A stretch of DNA of 64,000 nucleotides from Octopus vulgaris. Taxonomy: Eukaryota. How positions within the stretch are numbered: position 1 is the stretch's first letter; each line of letters starts with the position of its first letter. The position numbers and the translations under genes were made by a program. Positions 26,320 to 39,761 of this stretch are shown here, piece after piece. The notes under the pieces were generated by a model, which was given only the letters and a program-made list of their open reading frames with translations, was not told the origin of the DNA and did no database searches. The DNA is taken from NCBI GenBank assembly GCA_951406725.2, contig OX597816.1, positions 70,308,001 through 70,372,000 of the forward strand, written 5' to 3'.

Positions 26320-26888
26320 GCGTATGTATGTGTTTGTGTGTATCTGTGAATAAATTTGCACATTCATGCGTATATGCATCAGGCCACCACAAACTAAGAA
26401 ATGAACAGCTCTCTAGACAAGTTTTAGCATATAATTTTAATGAAGGACAAATTAAAATCACGAAAACAGAAGATAGAAAGGTTCTCGGTAAACGAAAAAG
26501 ATAAAAAAGATAAAGAAAACAAAATCCACAAAAATGCACAACAAATGTATATATCCTATCTTCAGCTGCCTAGCGGATATCATTATGGTTTGCCTGCAAA
26601 TTCTTGGAAGTAGGTCATAGCTTTGTGCATAAGCAACTGAAATATTGAATAGTGGAATAGCATGAACAAAACAAATGGCCTTTTGTTTCAATTTCTGTGT
26701 CTATAGAACTTATTTGCACTTTATAATAATGCTATCTGTACTTTAATGTACGTGATCTATCATGTAACCTCAGGTTATATGTATTTATCTATATGCACGT
26801 ATATTATATTCAATATTTTACCGCTTACTATATCCATTCATAACAATGTCTGCCTATCTATCTTAATCCTTTTATCAAAGTAGTTTTT

Positions 26889-26924
<36 letters not shown>

Positions 26925-26944
26925 TATTTACATTATTTCTTACC

Positions 26945-28625
26945 CTTACAACTGAGAACAGAATAATTGTTTCTAATAGTATAGGCATTACAAAGGGAAT
27001 ATTCCAGGGAGATAATCTTTCTGTACTTCGTTTCATTTTAGCACTGAGTCCATTATCGTTCCTACTACAGAAAACAAATGGTTACATGCTAGGATCTTCA
27101 ACTGGCAGAAACATCGATATAACTCATAATTTCTTTGTAGACGACCTGAAGTTTTATGCTAAAAGTGTTAACAATATCAAAAAGACAACTGGAATCAATA
27201 ATTTCAGCTAATATAGGCATCGAATTTGGCCAAAAGAAATGTTCATATTTGGTTGTAGAATGAGAAAAGTCAGTCCCTCAAGCCCAAAACCTGTGCATCA
27301 ACGTTCTTTCCATTTCCCCCCATGTCATACAAAGAATGTTACTGTGAATAAAGATAGAGTGACCCGAGAATATTACACAAGACTTAGGAAAATATGGTAG
27401 TCGGAACTGTCCTCTTACAACAAAACAATATCCCATAATGCATTTGCAGTACTAGTGCTGATCCCAACATTTGGGATACTTGATTGGTCTGTAGAGGAAA
27501 TCCACTCCATAGATATCAAAACCCGCAAAATCATGACAACAACTGGGAACTTCCACAGACACAGTGATGTTGACAGGCTCTACATAAGAAGAAATGAAGG
27601 TGGTAGAGGCTTGAGATCAGTATAGACAGCCTTCGAATGCCGTATGGTATCACTCAGGCAGCACTTGCTAAACAACGTCAGCAAAAATAAATATATAAAT
27701 GCAGTGCTGAAAAGTGAGATGAGCAATATTGTACGAATTGGCAGTGAAGTCCTCAAGAAACACTCTCTTCCTGATGATCTCCTATACAGCCTCAAAACAG
27801 CTGGGCTCTCTTACCACAGAGAAGACCTGAATGGAAAGCATTCAGCATACAAACAAAAAAAAAGGGCATGCTTGAGTATGTTGCCTGGAAGCTTGAAGCT
27901 TGAAATTGCCACAAAGTATCTAGTGAACAAGAGAGACACTGACGCTCTTTAAAACCAATGTGTAGGCTATCTCATGTTTCTGTGGAAGACATTACGCATG
28001 TGATTAGCAGCTGTCCTAAAATGTCGTCACACTACTACCTCCTTATGCGGCACGATGTTGTTGCTAAAATACCATGAGCAAAAAGACTGTCCTGAAATAC
28101 GCTTATGAAATCCCTCTGTTTTGGAATACATTCATAAACACCAACTCAAGAAATACTGGTGGAATATTCGCATCAAAACTTCTGTCAAATGTAAACATAA
28201 CAGGCTGGATACTGTTGTTTGGGACAGAGGGGCAAAATTATGTACCATCATGGAGATTAGCTGCCCCGCAGATATAAATATCTCTCTGAAAATCAAAGAA
28301 AAAGAGGATATCTATGGAGAACTGCTTCGAGACCTCCAGTTTCTATATCCAGACTATGAATTTATATTTATACCAATAATAATTGGAGCACTAGGTTTTG
28401 TTAGTAAATGCTTAAAGGAGAATCTGGATAAACTGGGCTTTTTAGAAAGAGAAACTGACAGGCTGATTCCTACGTTACAAGCGTAATCTGTGAGTGGAAC
28501 AATAAAAATATGCAAGACTTTTCTCAAGTTCCAAATGTGAATTTTTCTGTGTTACCTACATCCTAAAGACGGAGTCTTGTATCTTTGTTGGAAACCGGCT
28601 CCCTCCCCAATGGAAGATTTATAAT
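26945..28625 (+). mobile_element. Decayed, 5'-truncated LINE with restriction-like endonuclease (R4/Dong-like)
   Basis: RT motifs GIFQGD (about 26995) and FVDDLK (about 27135), RLYIRRNEGGRGL, zinc knuckle C..EDITHVISSC, RHD, and RLE block NRLDTVV..MEISCP..KEKEDIY..IIIGALG (ORF 28121-28486). Confidence 0.88.
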
Positions 28626-29149
28626 AATTAAAAAATAGAAGAGACATATATATATACATGCATCCTAAAACCTTGGAACTCCCGAAACAGGGCCCCACTA
28701 GTAGATATAGTTTAAAGTCATACACAGAACGTACCTATAATACACTTTCAGTTTCATTTTGGAGCAACAGTTTGGATACATACAAACCCGCTTGGTGTAC
28801 AGTATGTCTAAACTTGGTCTCTTGAGAGTAAAAGTGAATTTTCTTAATCATACATTATCTGAAACAATAAAAGTCTGTCCTTAAAATTTAAAAGATTATA
28901 CTCAGAAGAAGATGTTCGTCTTCTTCACAACCTTGCTAATAAACTTTTGGCCGTCAAAATTAGCTCTAAAATAACAAGAAGAAAACGAAAACTTGCATAC
29001 ATGTATATATTCACTTTTATGTGTTAAGATTAATATATGCGAAGAAAATAGATGGAAAACTAGTCGAGAAATCTCAAATTCCTCGCACTACAGTCGAATG
29101 AAATACATTAGTTTCCACTGGCTACTTTCCGATGCGAAAATATGATATA

Positions 29150-30031
29150 CGAGTTACAGGAAACGTTACTCGAAAGTAACAGGAAACGTTCTCTGTGTGA
29201 CAAACCCGCCACTTGCTGCAGCCCTCAGGCATCAGTCTGCCAACTGGCGGAGTACGCTGATGTCGTACTGCTACGTGATACGTCTTTCATTTGCAGTGCT
29301 TCTCCCTTGTATCTCGAATTTTACGATGACCAAACGAAGGAGCAGCATGCTTCAGTGAAATTCTGTTTTCTTCTGGGGAAAACGGGGTTGAAAGAGTTGT
29401 CATGCTTCAAACAGCTTACAAGGCTGCTGCTATGGGAAAAACACAAGTTTACGAGTGGTTTTCACGCTTTAGGAACGGTTACATGTCGCTTGAAGACCAA
29501 CCTCGTTGAGGGCGGTCGACGACCTTCTGAACGAATGAAGACATCACGAAAATTCACGAACCGATTTTCAGAAACCGTCACCGAACAATTGACAAACTTG
29601 TTGATATGATTGGTGTGTCCTGGAGCTCCTGCCAAAGAATTTTAAGCAAGGAATCACGAATGGAAAGATTTACAGCAAACTTTGTGCCTCGCTTGCTCAC
29701 AGAAGTGTGAGACAGATTTTGACCAAAAATGGAAAGAGCCCACTAACGCACCTTTCCAATTCACCCGATCTTGCTCCCTGCGACATTTTTTTGTTTGTTC
29801 CTCCAAATGAAAAAAGTCCCGAAAGGAAAACGTTTTGCAGATGTGGAAGAGGTGAAGAAAAAAACGACGGAGGTGTTAAAACCATCACTTTGCAAGGGTT
29901 GCAGAACTGCGCCTGAAAAACACATCTGGGCCGTAAATTGCTTCAAATAGGTGATAAAAGTGTAAACATATAAAACTAACTGAATAAAATAATATTGTAG
30001 AATTCCAGTTTCTTTTGAGTCCCCCCACTCG
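29150..30031 (+). mobile_element. Internally deleted mariner (irritans-like)
   Basis: TA|CGAG..ACTCGAAAGTAACAGGAA / TTCCAGTTTCTTTTGAGT..CTCG|TA; peptides EQHASVKFCF, VYEWFSRFRNG, FVPRLLT and SPDLAPCDIFLF. Confidence 0.88.
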
Positions 30032-30822
30032 TATTTAGCAGAAACATGTTTGCGACGTGGGATAATATATAACATGTAGCATATGGGTCTCATATTTACA
30101 TGCGTCTGATTTGATTGGACTTCGATTCCACTTGTTTACAGTTTGATATTCTATACGGCGATAATTTACTTCTGGTTAATGAGATCCTCTACACAGAGAT
30201 ACATTCTCTCTATATATGTATGGAACTCCTACTCGGTGATTTAAATTATCTACTTAAAGTTGTTCAGTGTTTTCGTTACAAACCTATTTGCTAGGGGCTA
30301 TTTATCTGAAAATTGCAATGCATTGAATCGATTTACAATACCTGATCCCTTGCCTTGATCTCGGCAAGAAAACGGTATATAAACAGGTGGGAGCAACTGA
30401 AGAAATAGGCCTGAAGTGGTCTGCATGATGACGTGCATAATGCGTACCTTACTTCATACATAGGTAACTCACCAAAACAATAAGACTCTGTGTCGATATA
30501 ATGTATATACACAATATTTCTATAAGATATATCGTATGATTTCATTGGATTTCGGTTCGATTTACATATATTCGAATACAAAGCATAATATTATTTACGA
30601 TAGATAGATGGATAGATACATACATGCATACATACAAACATACACACACACATACATACATACATACATACATACATACATACATACATACATACATACA
30701 TACATACATACATACATAAATACATACATACTTACATACATACATACATACAAACATACACACATACATAAATACATATATACATACAAACATACACACA
30801 TACATACATACATATATACATA

Positions 30823-31315
30823 TATTGGGAGAGGCTTAGGGAACTCAATTTGTACTCCTTGGAACGAAGACGAGAGAGATATGCAGTGATATACATATGG
30901 AAAATCCTGGAGGGACTAGCACCAAATTTTGGAATTGAGAGCTGTTCCAATCCCCGTACAGGACGTCACTGTGTGGTGCCAAAGGTCCCGTCTTCCACAT
31001 CCAGGGTAAGGAGCAGATACTGTAATAGCCTGGGGTTCAGGGGCCCTCAGCTTTTCAACAAACTGCCAAGAAAAGTAAGAGATCTACATGATGCGGATGT
31101 GGACATTTTCAAAAAACATCTAGACAAGCTGCTTTCCGGGATCCCAGATGAACCCACTGCAAGGTACGAAGGTAACCTAAGGGCAGCAGCTACAAACTCT
31201 CTCTTAGATCAGTGGCCAGCCACGGCAAACTGGACTTAGAGAGGGTAGCAACAAGGGCGGTGCCCCAGCATGGCCTCAGCCGGATGGCTGAAACAAGTAA
31301 AAGAGTAAAAGAGTA
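30823..31315 (+). mobile_element. 5'-truncated CR1-group LINE 3' end; probable partner of SINE family B
   Basis: YWERLRELNLYSLERRRERY..FKKHLDKLLSGIPDEP (stop 31239); tail GGCGGTGCCCCAGCATGGCCTCAGCCGGATGGCTGAAACAAGTAAAAGAGTAAAAGAGTA; flanked by (TACA)/(TA) repeats. Confidence 0.88.
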
Positions 31316-31435
31316 TATACATACATAAATACATATATACGTACGTACACACATACATACATACATACATACATACATACATACATACATACATACATAC
31401 ATACATACATACATACATAAGTATATGTGGAAAAT

Positions 31436-31488
<53 letters not shown>

Positions 31489-31726
31489 GGAGAGAGAGGG
31501 GGAGAGAGGGAGAGAGAGAGGGATATGAATGTACATACGTAGATGTATACATGTTCATGCATATATATGTTTCAGTCATTAGAATAAGACTATGACCGGG
31601 AAACGTCTCGGGGAATTTTAGTCGAAAGATTCAAGTCCTGTACATATATTATTTTTTTTAATATAAGCGTGGTACCTATTCAACCGGGCTCTTTGGCCAA
31701 CTCCTGAGTTATATGCATATATGAGT

Positions 31727-31762
<36 letters not shown>

Positions 31763-31766
<4 letters not shown>

Positions 31767-32347
31767 AAATTTAAAGGACTGACCATTAAAAGTGGACGGT
31801 CAACATGCTAGATATAGACGTCAAATCGCCATTTAAAAAAATATGTTCTCTAACCGGTGAATTGACTGCTGCTACTTATTAGCTGCAGGGTAGTTTTCCG
31901 ATCTCAGCGCGCCAAAGTGAAGGCATTTGAAAGATACACAAAAATATAATCGGTTGGACTCTATGCATGCGAGACTCCGGTCAAACGTTTTTGCATCTAG
32001 TCCTGCAAATTGTATTTCTATATGACAGACTATGCTGATGAGATTGCAGTTATCCATGTGGATATTAATAATCGAAACTGATCGGTCCATAGGTAATCAT
32101 TTTTATTTCGTATATTTTCATTTGTCTTGCTTATTTTTAATGCTTTGGTTTGTACTGAGTTTTTTTTATTTGAGAACATATTCTTTGTGGAAAATGGCGA
32201 TTTGACGTCTAAATCTAGCATGTTGACCGTCCACTTTTAGTGGTCAGTCCTTTAAATTTTGTATGTAAAAATATTTTAATCTTCGGATTCTTTTAATATG
32301 CTGGGCCACTGGTTTTAATTGATTAATACCAATTTCTACCCTTATTA

Positions 32348-32352
<5 letters not shown>
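31763..32352 (+). mobile_element. Non-coding Penelope-like/retrozyme-like unit with inverted 5' arm and hammerhead, between (TA)n tracts
   Basis: About 90-bp inverted repeat (about 31763-31850 versus 32172-32264), hammerhead at 32030-32092, (TA)n on both sides. Confidence 0.7.
32030..32092 (+). ncRNA. Type I hammerhead ribozyme with intact core
   Basis: CTATG | CTGATGA | GATTG..TATCCA-TG-TGGATA..TAATC | GAAA-C-T-GATC-G-GTC^ | CATAG. All conserved core nucleotides are present, stem I is a perfect 5 bp, and cleavage is predicted after C32087. Confidence 0.88.
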
Positions 32353-32384
<32 letters not shown>

Positions 32385-32464
32385 AATTAATATATGCAGC
32401 AAGGCGCAATGTGATGCCGTAAAGGAAAATATAAACGTTATTGAACATGACTAAGGGCATTAAA

Positions 32465-32900
32465 GGACCTACATGGCGAGAAATGTCGAAATGTGTGCCG
32501 AACATGTGCTGGAGTGCCCGCGGGCTATGGAGTCTGGTCTCACTGATGGCTATAATATGCAGATTTTGTGACTTGATGTCGTTTAACAAGTAAGCTTTGT
32601 TTCCAATCCACGTACATTTATACTGCCTATTTTGAGCATGTTCCTATCGAAAGTTGTGTTTTACACACGAAAGGAAAGTGAAAAAGAAAGAGAGAGAAAG
32701 AGAGAGTCACTTACTGTTCGAAAGTTCTTCACCCCACAGTCTTCTCCCAGAAGGTCTGTATACAGTTTTTTGGACAAATATTTTTGAAATCTCCCAACAG
32801 CATCAGGGTAGAAAGATTTTAGGATGCTGTGTTTGTTCTATGTTATGTGTATGATTTTAATGTGTTGTCGTGGTGTTGTGCGTGGGTGATTCATTGCGAG
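32465..32900 (-). pseudogene. Tx1/L1-group LINE internal fragment: upstream spacer plus start of the ORF2 AP endonuclease
   Basis: ATG at 32639: MLKIGSINVRGL, frameshift, then LLNDIKSQNLHIIAISETRL (APE motifs NVRGL and ET). Confidence 0.75.
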
Positions 32901-32999
32901 AAATAAGAGTTAAAATGTTCTTAATGCGGTAGGAAAAGCACATAAATGTATAAATGTATATACATGTGTATACTCATACACACAAACACTTATGCGCAT

Positions 33000-33071
<72 letters not shown>

Positions 33072-33329
33072 TAAATTAGAGATAAAACCACTATTAGGCA
33101 AATCAAACAGTGAAAAACATAAACTAAAACATAAAAATAAAAATAATTAATATAATGTACAAAATATATAAAATATAACATTTAAAATCTAAATTATTTA
33201 AATTTAAAATTTTTTGAATTTATATTTATAAACTTTTATATTTTTTTTATTTTTTAAATATTTTTTAAATTTCAAATTGATAAATTTTTAAACTTTTAAA
33301 CTTTAAACTTTTTTTAAATATAAATAACT

Positions 33330-33380
<51 letters not shown>

Positions 33381-34114
33381 TATATATACATTTATATATA
33401 CACCTACGTAAATATGTTTACATTAACATTCACTTCATCACCCCTAATGAAAAGTAATATTGATCGATTAAGATCAGTTAAAATTTGATTGGTTAGTCGA
33501 ATTATAAATATTGTTTCAAACCAAATGGCATTTCAAGTGAATTTGGATATGTCTAATGGTTTATTTAGATTCATTTTTAATAAAGGATTAAAATGTTATC
33601 ATTATTTTCAATTAAGCTATTCTGATGTAAGAGGGGAGAGAGTTATATAAAATATTCATATGAATTTATTTGAAATTTATATATAAGCGCATGAAAGTGC
33701 GCAATTATAAACAATTGGTCATAAAAGTAACTTTGAATGATGAAAAAGGTAATTAGTTAAATGGTAACCTATTGATTAGAATTGATTAGGATGTCATCTA
33801 TTAATGTACTCACATATAAATACGCAAATATATACATATTAGTGCTCACACACACACGCACGTAGAAGCATGCATATAAGCACATTCGTACGTATAAATG
33901 TAAGTTTAAATAGAAATAGAAAATGAATATACTCATACGCGCACATGTATCCATACATATATACGGGCAAGAAAATTCACATCCATATAGGCATCATAAA
34001 AACATAGATAGATATATAAGCACAGGCAGATATATAATATATACATACGTATCAACATAAGAGCATATACATATATACACACATATACACACACGTACAT
34101 ATAACTATATACAT

Positions 34115-34165
<51 letters not shown>

Positions 34166-34168
34166 TAT

Positions 34169-34237
<69 letters not shown>

Positions 34238-34241
<4 letters not shown>

Positions 34242-34350
34242 CCTGCTCGCTTAGCCAGCAAGGTGGCGTCATCTGAATACTAAAACAATGCGAAGCGCAT
34301 TGTGACCAGCGGTGTGTAGTAGCATTTGACTGCCTGGTCGGTCACGGTGA
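34238..34350 (-). mobile_element. Retroposon 3' stub of about 115 bp (family E, possibly an RTE-type tail) in (TA)n
   Basis: Reverse complement of 44809-44928 (GTGACCGACCAGGC..GCTGGTCACAATGCGCTT..GGCTAAGCGAGCAGGCCAA). Confidence 0.75.
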
Positions 34351-34551
34351 TATATATATACAGCATCACACAAGGACAGTCATGTGTACATACATATAAA
34401 TATATCAATGCAAGCATATACGTATATGGTTACATGTGCACATACACGCGCGCACACACATGGGCACATATGTGTCTATATTGGCAATCCATACACACAC
34501 AGTCATATGTATATACATGTATAATATATATAGATCTACATAAATACACTA

Positions 34552-34702
34552 TTGTGTCCGGGGAGAGTCATTTTCTTTTGTGCCTTATTATGTAACAAAC
34601 TCACCGGTAATATTTCCCCTTTTTTCTTATTTTTATTGTCCTAAAATTACCGGTGTGTTACATAATAAGGCACAAAAAGAAAATGACTCTCCCCAGACAC
34701 AA
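34552..34702. repeat. Fold-back inverted repeat, arms about 58 bp, loop about 34 bp
   Basis: TTGTGTCCGGGGAGAGTCATTTTCTTTTGTGCCTTATTATGTAACA..CACCGGTAAT versus its near-exact reverse complement. Confidence 0.92.
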
Positions 34703-35535
34703 CAGAATATGCTTCAACACACGAACTCATATAAAGAATCTTGCAAACCAAATCCAAAAACGGAATACATAAATACATCTATATTGAAATACATTGTAAA
34801 AGTATAAAATATATAGATATAAAGATGCGAATGCATATCAGGCATTTTAGTTGTGTTAATATTTAGTTGTGTTTAGAGGTGTTAATATGGCTATTAGTGA
34901 AAAGTAGTTTTCTAAAATATATTCAAACTGATGCTTGTATTAACAATTGTGTCTATTCAGAGGCTAGAATCAAAATCAAATAGCCATAAGATTTAGCAAT
35001 TGTGTATGCTTACATATTGGTAGAAGGTTACTCATAATGGGTGATATATATAAAAAGATAATAAACATAAGCGTAATGGAGGTATAATGCAATAATATAA
35101 AAAATATATAAGTTATAATTGAATTAAATAATCGACGTGAATATACTTATAAAAAAATTAGACGGTATAAAGATACAAAATATATCAACATCATTATAAA
35201 TATAAAAATATGTGTGCATATCAGACTTTGTATTATCGCTTGATAGCAAGTATGTGTATTTTTTTTAATATAAATATGTCTTTCTCAATTTTTATATATA
35301 AACTACGAATGTAATTTAATTCCTCACCTCATTCATATTGTACTTTATTCACAGAGAAATTTACACTTCAGTCTCTATTTAATTACTCTCGTCACCCTAA
35401 TTTTATTTGCATACTATTTCTTACTCATAAAAAAAAACCTATTGCCCCTTCGCCTAGACATATACCACCATTACTAATCATAAACGGGATGATTCAAATA
35501 ACTAGCACATAGAATATCTAAGGGTATATTCATTC

Positions 35536-35618
35536 TCACTCTGAAGAGATTGAACTCAGAAATATAATTTTAATATTCATTTAATTCCACTGAACTTAAT
35601 TGAAACAGCTGTAAGGGA
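35536..35618 (+). ncRNA. Minimal type I hammerhead motif (Penelope-like)
   Basis: tcact-CTGAAGA(35541)-gattga..tcag..ctga..ttaatt-GAAAC-AGCT-GTA^-aggga; stem I 4 of 5 paired; palindromic AGCT loop; (TA)n about 70 nt downstream. Confidence 0.7.
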
Positions 35619-35678
35619 TGATGATCGATATTTTACTGATAGTAAACTCTTATTAACTTCAATATCTCCATCTTCTTA

Positions 35679-35754
<76 letters not shown>

Positions 35755-35898
35755 TATATATATATATATATATATATAATTTCAACAATTGAGGGTAAAA
35801 TTAATTAATTATTAATCAATTTCACCAAGTGTTCAGTATGCAAAGGGACCATTTAAGGCGAATTCAAATTATATATACATACATACATATATATATAT

Positions 35899-35933
<35 letters not shown>

Positions 35934-36033
35934 CATATATATACATATATATATATATGTATATATATATGCATATGTATATATATATACATGTATATAT
36001 ATATATATTTATGTATGTATGTATGTATGTATG

Positions 36034-36086
<53 letters not shown>

Positions 36087-36931
36087 GGTTGTGTAATAAC
36101 TAGCCAAATGGCATAAGGTAATAGGTACATACAATGTGTACTCAAGTTGAATCAGTGTCTAAAACCCACCGTTAAGTGCCGGGATTGGCTTGTGTATCAC
36201 GCGTACACGCATGTTTAGGTATCTTCTTGTATCTCTGTATCTACAATTACTAAAAGCAATTGAACAATATGATGTTGAATCCGAAACTGGGTCGGCAATA
36301 CTGAAAAAAACTACCAAATACGTTTACTATTACGTAAAAAAGGTAGTCACATCGAAAATCTTCGATCGCTGCATGTGCTTGAGACCTGGAGCGCACACAC
36401 AAAAGTCTACATATATCTATCAAGTCCATAATAAACTGTTTGCATAAAATTTCACGTTAGATAATATTTATTTTGTAAGGAAATTTTCTTTGAGCTATTT
36501 TTATTGTATCAATAACTTACTTTTAAGTTACATATAAGTCTCTCCGTGTGTGTGTATACGTGTCTGTGTGCGTGTGCATGTGCGCGAGTAAGCATGTTAT
36601 ATTACCAGTAGGATATATATACATATATATATGAATGTATTTACACATACTGTACGTATAATTGTATCTGTATATCGAATAATATTTTAAAGACACACAG
36701 AGAAACATGCACACACGTTCATACAAACATGCAGATATATATGTATGTGTGTGTGTGTGTATGTTCATGCACATAATTATATATATATATAAGTATATAT
36801 ATGTATGTATATATGTATTTCTCTGTGTCTGTGTATGTATATGGACATATATATGTATACATATGCATTTGCTAGCACATACATATATGAGTGATATGAG
36901 TGTGTGCATATATATGTGTGTAAATATATAT

Positions 36932-36992
<61 letters not shown>

Positions 36993-36999
36993 TGTATGA

Positions 37000-37115
<116 letters not shown>

Positions 37116-37321
37116 ATTCTTCACGAGAGAAGACGCTATTTTCTGCAGTCGACACATCGTCTCGTATATTGCCATCCTTTTCCGGGAACGCGGGCGAGTG
37201 TATACTGTGTGTGGGAGTATGTGTGTGAGCTTTCCGTTTACTCTTTAACTTCTCTTGTTTGTTCAACTTCATATGCATAAATATATTATATATGTATTGA
37301 TTTGTCTATCTATCTATAGGT

Positions 37322-37362
<41 letters not shown>

Positions 37363-38200
37363 CTACATATGTGGAATACATGCCTATACTAATATATATT
37401 TATACCTACATAAGTCTACGTAAAATATATATATATATATACTTATATATACATGTATATGTATATGTAAGTAAGTAAGTATATATATATTTATATTAAT
37501 ATGGATCTATTCTCTTATCAACTTGCTTTGTAATCTAATTAGGCGATGCAATCTTCTTTATGTATCTATTTTTTAATTTTATTTCCTTGCTTCCCTTTCA
37601 ACATTTTCAAGTTTTATCAAATATTTCTGATTAAATTAGAGAAATAGTTTACCGGCCAAGTTTTATACAGCGAATATAACTAACAGGCGGATCATTTTTC
37701 TGTTGTTTTCAAGATAATCACAATGTCAAAGAAATCTTGTGTGTATACATGTAGCTACTTGCATCTGTGTACTTGTTGAAAATCATTAAATTATGTGCGT
37801 GTAGGTATGAATGTAATTTTTGTATGTGTATTCAGATATATACATACCTATATATATATATACACATATGCAAATATAGGCGTATATATATAGGCGTATA
37901 TATATAGGCGTATATATATAGGCTTATATATATACACAGATGTGTGTGTATGTACGTATGCATCTATATATATATATATACATTCATACATACAGATGCA
38001 CACTTCTATATAACAGTGTTTATTTGCGAATGCGTATATGTGCGCATGCGCCTAGATGTAGACAGATAGAAAGAGAGGCAGACAGATAGTCAGAGAGACA
38101 GACAAGCAGACAGGCAGAGAGACAGGCATACAGGCAGGTAGACAGTCAGACAAACAGACAGACTGACAGACATACAGATAGACAGATAGGCAGATAGATG

Positions 38201-38302
<102 letters not shown>

Positions 38303-38624
38303 AGTATAGATTTAGATTTGTGTATGTATTTTTGTGTTTGTGTGTTTGTATGGGTGTATGTGTTTGTGTATTAGCATGTGTTAGAAGCCAATTCCTTCGA
38401 TGCAGGAAGACTTGAAGCAATTAAAAGTAGAAGAGACGATACATATACATATTATATAAATATCCATATATGTGTGTATGTGTGAATATGTTTGTGTGCG
38501 TGTGTGTGTGTGCAATATGTGTATATATGTATATATACATGTATGTATGTACGTATGTATGTATGTATGTATGTATGTATGTATGTATGTATGTATGTAT
38601 GCATATATGTATGTATATTCACTT

Positions 38625-39038
38625 CGGCGAGCTGGCAGAAACGTTATCACGCCGGGTGAAATGTGTAGCCGTATTTCGACTGTCGATACGTTCCGAGTTC
38701 AAATTCCGCCGAGGTCGACTTTGCCTTTCATCCTTTCAGGGTCGATAAATTAAGTACCATTTACGCACTGGAATCGATGTAATCAACTTAATCCTTTTGT
38801 CTGTCCTTGTATGTTTCCTCTGTGTTTAGCCCCTTGTGGGTAGTAAAGAAATAGGTATTTCGTCTACCGCTACGTTCTGAGTTCAAATTTCGCCGAGGTT
38901 GATTTTGCCTTTCATCCTTTCAGGGTCGATAGATTTAAGTACCAGTTACGCACTGGGGTCGATGTAATCGACTTAATCCGTTTGTCTGTCCTTGTTTGTC
39001 CCCTCTGTGTTTAGCCCCTTATGGATAGTAAAGAAATA
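38625..39038 (+). mobile_element. SINE family A dimer
   Basis: Head plus two bodies; junction GGGTAGTAAAGAAATA|GGTATTTCGTCT at about 38853. Confidence 0.9.
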
Positions 39039-39368
39039 TATTATAAATTATTTCACGTCTTCTTGTATGGAAGGAGTTGGTTTCTAATAAAGATACATCA
39101 TTGAATGTAGATAACACAACCAGCATTACATGTTGAATTTGAGAAAAGTCTTGAATGTCTTTCATATTTTTCTACTATTCTGCTTACAGACTGTATCTGT
39201 AATTTTGTATTTCTGAATGTGGTTAGGAATATACAGAGATTCATGACAGACTTGTATACAATGGAATAGCAGTCCTTGAATATGAGGACCACCATACGAT
39301 GTCTTGTTTTACCACACTTCTTTGCGATGATGTGAAGTTTTGACTCGTTGTGTAATGAATGGAACGTA

Positions 39369-39582
39369 TTAACCCATTAGCATTCAGATTAATTCGTAAA
39401 AATGTAAAGTTTATTTATTCACATTGTTTTTATTTAATCATGCAATATCTAGTAGCTTCGAGATTTCGAAGAACGGTGGTTTATTTTTAGAATGACATTG
39501 TAGGGTAGGTGTGTGACGTTTGATCTAGTCGGTATGAACGTAACACATATGGAATAAATGGGTCTGATATAATTGGTTTAAA
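39369..39582. mobile_element. Possible piggyBac-type MITE fragment
   Basis: Starts TTAA|CCCATTAGCATT; no complete right TIR seen. Confidence 0.35.
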
Positions 39583-39761
39583 GGACTACCACTAGTAAAA
39601 GGAGTTATAGTACCATCAGTGATTTCATGGATATCTTACAGATTTGTGTCAAGCCAGTAAGAGTAGGTTCAAAGAGGTATGAGAAAGCTTGAGAAATGAA
39701 GAATAGCAGATGTTTGTCCCTCACAGTGACAACGCACGAAAGATGAAGAGCAATACATAAC

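Noticed and set aside
26540-26615. Possible further decayed hammerhead (CAGCTG plus flanking pairing, minus strand)
   Set aside because: Neither core box is retained; cannot be supported from this copy.
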